Below, one piece after another: positions 53,147 to 64,000 of a stretch of 64,000 nt of DNA; the stretch's first letter is position 1, and each line of letters starts with the position of its first letter. The notes below the pieces were generated by a model. The model saw only the letters and a program-made list of their open reading frames with translations. It was not told the origin of the DNA and did no database searches. The position numbers and the translations under genes were made by a program. The stretch covers positions 23,994,001 through 24,058,000 of the forward strand of contig NC_086374.1 of assembly GCF_036588685.1 (NCBI RefSeq). Direction: 5' to 3'. The DNA is from Mytilus trossulus. Its lineage: Eukaryota.

Positions 53147-56100
53147 ATGCAGAACATAAAACTTCTAGTTCTAGGAGATGGTGGTGTTGGTAAAAGTTGT
53201 CTTTTGATATCACATACTACTAATGCTTTCCCGAGTGATTATGTGCCAACGGTTTTTGACAACTACTGTTCAAATGTTATGATCGATGGAAAACCTGTCT
53301 GCGTCGCATTATGGGATACTGCTGGTCAGGTCAGTATTTTTTTCACATGTAATTTTCTTATTAGTACCTTTAATTAACAGTTTCTCTTAATCTAGTTTTA
53401 ACAAGTTATATTCAAGTACTGCTCACACCTTCAAGCCGTTAAACACAAGTCTCCACTTAATACGTAGTGTCTATACAATTTATCAAGCGCTATCATCCAC
53501 CAAAGTATTAATAAGACAGTAAATACTGAAGTATCAAAACCAAAAGGCAACAACTGACGAAAATCCGGTCTCCTCACAATTTAAGTACTGGATTATTCAA
53601 TTGCAATATCAAGCCTCTCTGTTTTAACTTCTATCAGTGGAATAACAATTCGTGCAATAAAATTTTGTTCGGGAATAGAAAATAGCTCTATGATAACGAC
53701 CAATACATGTTCAGGTAAGCAATTAGCTCTATTATTCGATAAAAATCAACAGTAGTTCAATGTATACATTAAATTTAATCGGGTGCTCTGTATTTTTAAC
53801 CGTATTCTCTGTAATTTAACCGGAAGCTATGTATTTTGCATACTCTGTTTCATTGAGATTCATTACCAATTGTGTTTTTTTTCGTTTTTTTTCTAGGAAG
53901 ATTATGATCGACTTCGTCCTCTGTCTTATCCACAAACAGACATATTTCTGCTTTGTTTCTCCATTTCCAGTAGAGATTCACTAGAAAATATCACATCAAG
54001 ATGGATACCCGAATTAGATCATTTTATACCAGACTGTCCTAGAGTTCTGGTTGGATGCAAGTCAGGTAACCAAAAACTTTCATTTTCTAACTCCAAATAA
54101 AATGAATGAATACATTTAGAAAGTTATAACACCGGATTTAGCTTACAGTTTTTCCGCGCAAAAAGCAACTATGTTCGTAAGAATGCATGTGTCTGGATTT
54201 ACTGTATAAAACTCGGATGGACCAAATTGTTAGATTATGATTTACCGTCATCTTGGATTGTACAATTACAGTACACAATCGGTCTAATTCTTTTCTAAAA
54301 TCTGCAAATTTGGAGAAATATTTGCCATTTATTGGTTTAGAGTGTTAATTTATAAAAAAAAGAAAACTTAGTGATCCATTGCACTATTTAAAATGTTTAA
54401 ACAAATACTAATATTTGTGTTTTTACATAATGTAGATTTTTTTTCTTCAACTCTGCTATTTACGGGGAGATAACTCGTATAGTAAAAAAATTATACTGGA
54501 TTGATTGGGATATTTGAAAATTTTACTTGTAACAAAAAAACAAGTTCGGCGACACCATTCTTTTCTTTTTATTTTCTTAAAACATATTATAAAACCTATC
54601 TGCTCATTATTTCATCATTTATTTCAAAATTCTATCTCGTACATTTCTTTGCATGCACAAAAATGTGTTTTTTTCATGAAAAATGTAAGCAAATTTGGAC
54701 AATTTTGAAGGACTGGTAGTTTCAAATTTATAACCGTCATTAATTTTGATTATTTTTATTTTCGTTGTACCATGTCCTTTCACGTATGTAAGTTATGTTT
54801 CACTAAATTGAATGTAGCCAGGAATAAAATCACGTGTATTTTGCATATTTCTTATTTTTTCATTCTGCGAAAAGTCTTTTTTTCTCCTCATTTGGTCATA
54901 AATAAATAACTTCTTTGACCTTGTTTTTAAAATCTCTCTCTCATTCAAGATTTTTAACAATACAGTAAACCAATTCTAAACAACCGACAACTTTAAAAAA
55001 CCCTGAAACTTTCATTATAATTGTTGTTTTATTGATTTTCTACATAAGGAAATGCCACTACCAAGTCAGGAATATGACCTTTGTTTTCCATTGTTTGATG
55101 TGTTTGAGTTTTTGATTTGATAAAGGATTTTCATTGAATATTTTTGCTCTTTTACTTTTCAAAACTAGCCAAATTAATACTGTCCGTTTGTCTTTCAACT
55201 CAGACATAATGTAATGCACACAATTCAAGAAAAGCAAAAGAAGAAGAAGAAAACACCCAAAGTGAATCAAAAATTGATCTTGGTAAAACATGTTACATAT
55301 TATAAAAGTAATTGGACTAAGGAAATGAGGTTAGGTGGACAAGTGTTAAGTCTTTTTGTTAAAACATTGTTTGTGGGCACGGTTTTAAAATTGTTTTTCC
55401 CGAAATGGTTAACCAACTAATTTTCGCAGTCGATTTAATTTCGCGACTTTTTGTGAGTAGAAAAATATCGGGGATATAAATCGTCGTGAATATGTAAAAC
55501 TTGAACCTATTTTCATGTAACGTCATCAAACAAAGTAGAATCGCAAAAATAAATAGCCTCGAAATGGGTTATTAAGGACTTAACGCGAAACAAAGACTGA
55601 AGTATCCGCGAAAATAAGTTCGTTTACAGTATCCCCATGATGTACGACTTATTTCATCTATCTAAATTAAAGGGACATTAGCTGTCGAATTCATGTTCAC
55701 CGATTTGACTCAAATTTTCAGATCAGATTTATAACATATTAAAACGTATATCTTTATTACAAAAAGTTTGAAATAAACCATTTATAATACATAAACTTGA
55801 TACCAATTATCAGCATTTTTTTTGTATATTTTTCTAGACTTAATTTAAGTATACATCAAAATGACCCACAAAGACTGTCGACGGTCATATAACATGAATA
55901 TAAATAGTGGCCACGTGCAATTGTATTTTCCTGGGTCTGTTTTATTTCATATTGTAGATTAAAAGGTATGTTTAACATCATTCTTACTGTATAAGAATGG
56001 TTTTGCTGTGGATAAAATCAGTAAACCAAGTCTTTCATCCTTATTTCACTTTCAATGTTCACATGCTTTTCCTTTCAAGAGCTGAATCGATGCATAACCC

Positions 56101-59100
56101 ATCTCCAGCTAAGGAAGGGGTTAATTGAAGGTCACATGAATACGGATTCAATAAGTTGGAATAAATCACTTTCAAGTGAATAATTTATCAGCGAGGTTTC
56201 TTATCTTATTTTGAGAAAATTGACCCAAAATGTCTGCTTAAAGCAAAGATTATTAAATCATTTCACTTTCATTTGTGATTGAACAATAAAATAATGTTTT
56301 ATTTAAAAAAAATATATATCAAAGATGACCTTATGGCCCTGAATATTTGATCTTGTAACGGAAGGTTTTTTAAAAATTCTAAATTTTATAAGTTTATTTA
56401 ACATGTTTTTCTCTACAGATTTGCGTGCTTCAAATCCAGATGAATGTGTTCCTCGCACAGAAATAGAAAAAATTGCAAAAGAAGCTGGGTTAGAATATTA
56501 TGAGACCAGTGCACTAACGCAAGATGGCTTGAAACGTTGTTTTGATAGCGCAGTAAGCTGACATTTGTAATACGTTTTATATCTTTGTTATTCTTTTCTA
56601 TATCCAGGTGACCTTAAATTAATATTATGATTTTAAATAGATGATTATCATATAAAAAAAGCAAATTAAAAAAAGCAGAAAAACATTTTTTGATGCATTA
56701 ACTCAACCTACCGCTTGTACCGAACGAACAAAATATTGTGACACAAAATTTGACAAAGACTAATACAAGTATTTTTTTTTTCACAACCAGATTCAATTCG
56801 GAATAGCAGGAAACCGAAAAAAGACAAAATCTAAATCAGGATTTGGAATATTTAAGAAGAAGAAACCAGATGACCCCATCCCTCCAGTGATGCCTCCAGC
56901 TGGTAAGTCAGAATATCTTATATCCCCAATGATGCTATCGATGATTAGCTAAATGATCTTATATCCCCAATGATGCTATCGATGATTAGCTAAATGATCT
57001 TATATCCCCAATGATGCTATCGATGATTAGCTAAATGATCTTATACCCTATTGACGATATCGATAGGCAAGCTAAATGATCTTATAACCCTATTGACGAT
57101 ATCGATAGGCAAGCTAAATGATCGTATATCCCCAATAATGCTACCGATATAGGCAAGCAAAATGATCGCATGTCCCAAATGATGCTATATATAGGCAAGC
57201 TAAATAATCGTATATCCCCTCCCTGATGCCATCAATAGGCAAGTTAAATGATCTTATATTCCCATTGATGCTTTCGATAGGCAAGTTAAATTATCGTATG
57301 TTACCATTGATGCTTTCGATAGGCAAGTTAAATGATCGTATATTCCCATTGATGCTTTCGATAGGCAAGTTAAATGATCGTATGTTCCCATTGATGCTTT
57401 AGATAGGCAAGTTAAATGATCGTATATTCCCATTTATGCTATCGATATGCAAGCTAAATGATCGTATATCCCCAATGATGCTATCGATAGGAAAGCTTAA
57501 TGATACTATAATAATCACCATTGATTCTTTCGAAAGACAAGCTTAATGATACTATAATAATCCCTAATGATGGTTTCGATAGGCAAGCTTAATGATACTA
57601 GTATAATAATCACCATTAATGCTTTCGATTGACAAGCTAACTGATCGTATATCCCATGTTATGCTATCAATAGACATGATCTCATACCCCCAATGATGCT
57701 ATCGATAGGCGATTCAAATTATCTTATGATCCCTATTAATACTATCGATAGGCATACTAAATGAAAGTATATCCCCATTGACGCTATCGATAGACAAGCT
57801 AAATGATAGTATATCCCCATTGACGCTATCGATAGACAAGCTAAATGAAAGTATATCCCCAATGACGCTATCGATAGGCAAGCTAAATGATAGTATATCC
57901 CCATTGACGCTATCGATAGACAAGCTAAATGATAGTATATCCCCATTGACGCTATCGATAGACAAGCTAAATGATAGTACAAAAATGTATATCCCCATTG
58001 ACGCTATCGATAGACAAGCTAAATGAAAGTATATCCCCATTGACGCTATCGATAGACAAGTTAAATGATAGATATAGGAAGATGTGGTGTGAGTGCCAAT
58101 GAGACAACTCTCCATCCAAGTAAAAATTTAAAAAGTAAACCATTATAGGTTAAAGTACGGCCTTCAACACGATGCCTTGGCTCACACCGAACAACAAGCT
58201 ATAAAGGGGCTATCGATAGACAAGCTAAATGATAGTGTATCCCCATTGACGCTATCGATAGACAAGCTAAATGATAGTTTATCGGTCGTCCCACTGTCTA
58301 TATCACTTGGTTCAACGCTTAATATTATTCCGTATCATGTCTTTGTGACGTCAAATACGTTGACCCGGCCTTAATAACTTTGACCCGGACATATCAGCGA
58401 CGTCATAATGTTTGAACCGACGTTAATAACTTTGACCCGAACTTATCAAGTCATCTTTTGTGTGCTGGTGAAACAAAGAAAACACTTCTGAAACACGCAA
58501 AATATAGCCCGATAAATTGATTATCAGATTATCTGCATATTGATATTGTAAAATATCAGCTTCTTGACATTATATGAAGGCTTTTTGATCTCGTTCGCTA
58601 CGCTCACTCGACAAAAAGCTTCATATTATGTCTCGCAGCTGATATTTTACGATATCAACATGCAGATAACCTGATAATCGGTACATATCCCCATTGACGC
58701 TATCGATAGACAAGCTAAATGAAAGTATATCCCCATTGACGCTATCGATAGACAAGCTAAATGATAGTATATCCCCTTTGACGCTATCGATAGACAAGCT
58801 AAATGAAAGTATATCCCCAATGACGCTATCGATAGACAAGCTAAATGATAGTATATTCCCATTGAGGCTATCGATAGACAAGCTAAATGATAGTATATTC
58901 CCATTGAGGCTATCGATATTCAGATTATCTTAAGTCACCAGTTATACTATCTATATGCAAGTCAGATGATCTTTTATTTCAATTGGTGATATCGGTGGAT
59001 GATTCAGATGATCTGAAATCCCTATAGACAAATCGGAAGATCTTATATCCCATGTGATACTATCGAGATAGGTCAGATGCTTCATATCCCTAGTGATGCT

Positions 59101-62100
59101 ATCGATAGGTATATTTAAAGATCCTAAATCCTCATTGAATCTAGTAATAGTCAAGTCAAATTATCTGATATCACCAGTAATGCTATCGGTAGATAAGACC
59201 AGTAATATCCCTATATCCCTAGTAATGCTACCTATATGCAAGTCAGAGAATTTTATATCACCTTATGCTGACTGTAGGTAAGTCAGATGAACCAACAATT
59301 CCAGTAATGCTATCGATATGTAAGTTAGATGAACTCATATTCCCAGTGGTGATATCGTTAGATTAAGTTAGATTCAATAATATTCACATTGATGCTTTCG
59401 ATATTTAAATCAGATTAATATATATTTTCCAAGTGATGTTATCGATAGGTATGTTGAAAGATCCTATATCCTCATTGAATCTTTTTTAACAGTCAAGTCA
59501 AATTATCTGATATCACCAGTGATGCTATCGGTAGATAAGACCAGTAAGATGATCTTATATCCCTGGTAATGGTATCTATATGCAAGTCAGACAATTTTAT
59601 ATCACCTTATGCTGACTATAGGTCAGTCAGATGAACCAAAACTTCCAGTGATGCTATCGATATGTATGTTAGATGAACTTGCATTCCCAGTGATGTTATA
59701 GTTAGGTTAAGTTAGATTCACTTATATTCACATTGATGCTTTCGATATGTAAATCAGACTAACTTATATTTCAAGTGATGATATCGAAAGGTATGTTGAA
59801 AGATCCTATTTCCTCATCGAAACTTTTAATAGTCGAGTCAGATTATCTTACATCCCCAATAATGCTATCTATATGCAAGTCAGAGAATTTCATATCATCA
59901 ATTTACACAAGTCAGATGGACTCAAAATCTCAGTGATGCTATCGATATGTAAGTTAGATGAGCTTGTATTCCCAGTGATGCTACAGTTAGGTTAAGTCAC
60001 ATTCACTTATATTCACATTGATGTTATCCCTTGCCAGTAATCAGTAATGTCAGATGACACCCCCTCCCCACCCCTTTTCAAGTGATTCTAACTATGAAGG
60101 TAGTCCTGTTTATCAACCACACACTTCCGAGTCAGATGATATCATCTCCTTATAGAGCATTTCTTATATTATGTTGTTGATATTTTAAATCAAAGTTTCA
60201 TTTTCCAATTCATTCAATATATAAATCAGAAAGGAACAGATGGATCATCTTTTTATCAACATGAAAGTAAAATTAAGAAATCTATTAATTGCTTAAAGAG
60301 AAGAAATAAATTTATTGACTGTGTAATTCGATTATTTATAAACATTTACGTTATTTAAATCGGGTTCCCTTCGAGTAATATGTGGGTCTTTATGCTTTTC
60401 TTCTTATAAAATCTGGTAGGTTTTGTTTACATTTGTATTTGTATTTCATTTATGTTCTATATTCTATTTCTTCGTTGAAGGAAAGGCTCCTAGGATAGAA
60501 ATAGAAACTTCGACGTTTTCAGAAGATTGGCAAAAAATGTTAGAGGATCCTAAATTTTCAGATGTTACTTTTTTATTGGAAGATGGGCAACAAAAACTTC
60601 AGGCACATAAATTGGTTTTATGCTCCGCATCCAAATACTTTTGTCAAATCTTGGGATTGTCAAATAGCAAAACTGTAAGTGTATAAAGATATTACTAATA
60701 AAATAGAAAACGGAAATAGGGGATGTGTAAAAGAGACAACAACCCAACCAGTAAACAAGTAGTCGAAGGCCACCAATGGGTCTTCAACACCACGAGAAGA
60801 TAAAATTTCACTCTTATTTTTTTTATAATTAAAATATCTTTATTTGCAAAACATACAAAAACCAATTTTGGTTGTGGCAAATACATTGACAAACAAACAT
60901 AATGAAACATAATGAAAACTCGACAATATTATAAGAAATATGATAAAAACAGTTACTGTTCTCCTTTCCTCAGTTCTAATGACTCTTTAATAAAAGAAAC
61001 AACTGCTTTTACATCATTTGGTGTTGATGGATTTAGTATTATCACGAGTTTATCAGTAAAATTAAGTGTATTAAAATTTACATATTTTTGTATATAATAT
61101 TTTAGAAAAAGATTTCTCTTTTATTTTTATTTATTTTACAGTTGAAGAAAAAATGAAATTCATCGTCTAAGATATTACATATTTTACATTTTCTTTCATT
61201 TCGTGGTATTTTGGTATATCGTCCAGTTTCTATTAAGAGACAATGATCGCTTATTCTAAATTTGGTTAACATTTTTCTTGTCTCTTTACTTGGGTGTGAT
61301 AGGTAGTATTTCATTTGGTTATTTATATTAGGTTTAAGAAATTTATATAGATATATTTTATTATTTTCATGGAATGAATACTGCAATATGTAAAAAAATG
61401 ATTCCAGCTGAGAAATTTGAATTATCAAATATCTTACGATTCTTGGTTCAGATTCAGCAAATATTGTGTGGATCTCTCATGGGTACTTGATTCTCTGATA
61501 TATGCATAATGTCAAATTTTCTGCATAATTGCAATCTTAATACTGTTCATTACTAAATTTTATACTATATTAGCATTGGATTGACAGATTTAAATGTTAT
61601 CATGCTAAAAAACAAACAAATATTTGCATGCTTTTTTTTTCGTTTTTCAGAATCAACTTAAAAATGTTGACAACAAACAAATATCTTCTGAAGAGTTAAA
61701 CTCTGGTAGAATAGAAGGCATTGCAGCGGTATATTTAACCGAAGAAACTCACAAGACAACGATAACGACAGTCGAAATCAGTTCAAATATCTCTGCTAAA
61801 ACATTTGCACGGGTGCTGGAATTCATATACACAGGTAAATACAGTACAATTTAAAGAATTAGGTTTCCACATTACAATCATTTTTGTTGTTGTACCATAG
61901 GCTAGCTTCTTGTGTAATTGGGGAAAACCAGCTAACATTAATGTCACAACTTCATAATGACCCCGAAAACACACTAGTTAGATAGTCGACTATAATACTG
62001 CAAGAATCCAGTTTCTTTTTAATATTCAAATTAAATATATCTATCGATACTGGCTCTCGTCAAGTTCAACATTATTGGTGATGTTTTTTTAAATTTTGGC

Positions 62101-62671
62101 TTTTCTCGTGGTTGGATTTTAAACCAAAATTTATGCCGCTCAGTATGATACGTGTTTTCGATTCTTATAAGTATTTTCCCTTTTGATGATGAGGAATGTT
62201 GACACTGTACAATATAAAACGTCTAGAATCTGAATGTAAAAGGAAAATAACGTAAATACCGAACTCCAATGAATATTCAAAACGGAAACTCCATAATCAA
62301 TTGTCAAAACAAAAAAACTCAAAACACATCAAACAAATGTTATAATTAATTAAATCATAGATTAAATCAAAGATTTGTTTTATCAATTTCTTCTAAGACG
62401 TATATTTTATGGAATTGTTTTTATTATTAATATTTAGGTGTTCCAAGGATTCCAGAAATTCATGAAGATTTTTCAGAAGTACAGGAACTATGCCGAGTGG
62501 CAAAAATATTCAAGCTTTCCATGCTGGAAACTATTTGCAGAAACATTGAGAACGAAGAAGACTTTTTAAATCCGAGTATTGGTACCTATCTCAACGATGA
62601 GACTGGAAAGGAAATGAAAACCTTGTTTTTTAATAAACCATCATGCTGTGATGTTATCTTTAAGGTCGAAG
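53147..62671 (+). CDS. RhoBTB-family protein of the RacA type (Rho GTPase, polybasic/Pro-rich linker, BTB1, start of BTB2). Exons 53147-53329, 53897-54065, 56419-56552, 56791-56902, 60481-60674, 61651-61834, 62438-62671; continues past the window.
   Basis: GTPase motifs [23 protein letters not shown]|[16 protein letters not shown]|DLR and ETSAL. Linker [16 protein letters not shown]|GKAP. BTB motifs [30 protein letters not shown], then [11 protein letters not shown] and [10 protein letters not shown]. All intron phases are consistent. Confidence 0.9.
56912..60030. repeat. Intronic ~39-42-bp satellite (ATATCCCCATTGACGCTATCGATAGACAAGCTAAATGATAGT) with an older, diverged higher-order part at about 58920-60030 and two nested insertions
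   Basis: Homogeneous units at 57770-58070 and 58685-58920. Three diverged ~340-bp blocks start near 59100, 59440 and 59790. Insertions are at about 58070-58208 and 58280-58683. Confidence 0.9.
60835..61430 (-). mobile_element. 3' end of a LINE (C-terminal Zn-binding region and 3' UTR)
   Basis: [41 protein letters not shown] is the typical LINE C-terminal CCHC motif. A minus-strand AATAAA lies near 60840. Confidence 0.8.
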
Positions 62672-64000
62672 GTAAATCTAATGTATTCTTTTTCTTGAAC
62701 GGTTTCGATGTTAAAGTAACACTCAACCTTCTTTACTAACCAAAGTCTTATATCAAAGAGACAATTCACACTAGTCTAGTAAATCAGCCATCTAACCAGT
62801 GCGTCTGGCACAATGACAAAGTTTCAATCCTGGTTTCTATGATGATTTTATATTGAATTTTGCACTATTGCATTTAGCAACAATTAGTTCTAGATAGAAA
62901 TCAGGGGTGTATGTCAATATACAAGACATATAAGTTTTTTAGTGGCTTTGGACTAGCTGTCAGTAACTGCGAGTACTCTCAGATTTGTATTTAGTGTCCT
63001 TTTTGTTGTTGGGATGTACAAGTACCCGTCCACAGTCACTTGTATTTGAAGTATTTGTATTTCTATCCATCTGATGAGTTAAGCCTTCACAACTAAATAG
63101 TTCGTTTATGTTGTATTGTTACACCGCTGTTCCAGGTTAAGGGGATGGTTGGGATCCCGCTAACATGTTTAACCCCGCCAAATTCTCTATGTTTGTGCCT
63201 GTCCCAAGCCAGGATCCTGTTATTCAGTGGTTGTTGTTTGTTTATGTATTACATATTTGTTTTTCGTTCATTTTATTATACATAAATTATAGGCCATTAG
63301 TTTTCTTGTTTGGATTGTTTTACATTGTCATTTCGTGGCCTTTAATAGTTGACTATGTGGTATAGGCTTTGCCCATTATTAAAGACCGTACGGTGACCTG
63401 TAGTTGTAAATTTCTGTGTCATTTGGATCTCTTGAGGAGTGTTGTCTCATTGGCAATCATACCACATCTTCTTTTTTTAATATTGTATATCTTAATACGA
63501 TACAGTTACAGGGGAGGTAATGACGTTGCTAACGTAAAATGTTATTTTCGCGACGTCAAACTTTGACATATCGGGAAAAGATGCATTTTTGGACTGATTT
63601 TTATCATTCAAACTGATTTAATTTAAAAACAAGTTCATGGACCCCTATTTTTCAAAACAGCAATTTGTTTCATTTTGCAGGGAGATTATCTGACCCAAAT
63701 TTTATAAAACTGTAAACAGAGGATTTTTTTTAATTTTGACAAACATGCAGCAAGAAAATGGCGTATTTTCCTCAATTCATGAACATTTGATAAATATGAG
63801 TTATTTCTGAATAAAAAATGCATAATTGTTTAGGGTACTTATAAAATACAGAAATTACCGATTATTTAACAGAAAACAATTTGTGGTTATCTTTTATAAC
63901 AAAAAAGTTATGTCTTTCTCTCGAAAAAGAAATTACGGCCACAAATCTAAATTTTGAGCAAATATACAAAATTTCGAATTCATTTTACTCAAAAAGTAGC

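Noticed and set aside
53075-53377. Stand-alone small Rac/Cdc42 GTPase
   Set aside because: The exon chain continues in frame into BTB domains and there is no CAAX or stop after the GTPase domain.
57714-58933. Repetitive ORFs on both strands (SIDKLNDS / [10 protein letters not shown])
   Set aside because: They are translations of the 42-bp intronic satellite.
63065-63110. CTGATGAG as another hammerhead
   Set aside because: No GAAA follows a closing stem II; it is part of a different dispersed repeat.

Overview
AT-rich, intron-containing animal DNA, most likely from a bivalve mollusc; the repeat families resemble Mytilus repeats (inference). Five spliced host genes can be rebuilt from GT-AG sites and reading-frame continuity. 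(1) The 5' end of a minus-strand ADF-H/cofilin-fold gene that runs off the left edge. (2, 3) Two tandem paralogous ankyrin-repeat/SOCS-box (ASB-like) genes. (4) A complete 9-coding-exon, 467-aa ZP-domain (vitelline-envelope/VERL-like) membrane precursor that the ORF track shows only as fragments. (5) A RhoBTB gene of the Dictyostelium RacA type, with a near-canonical Rac-like GTPase domain, that runs off the right edge. Introns and intergenic DNA are packed with mobile DNA: a 4.6-kb Mutator-like element (9-bp TSD) carrying a spliced PHD-finger mini-gene, Helentron-type elements, several MITEs, LINE and Penelope-like (PLE) relics, a SINE and five satellites. The least obvious signal is RNA-structural: an intact minimal type I hammerhead ribozyme at 34-77, a decayed copy next to a PLE RT relic, and a (TA)n-flanked fold-back element where a non-canonical hammerhead-like core abuts a tRNA-like head. 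No database searches were run; family assignments come from motif recognition, and novelty is not established for any finding.
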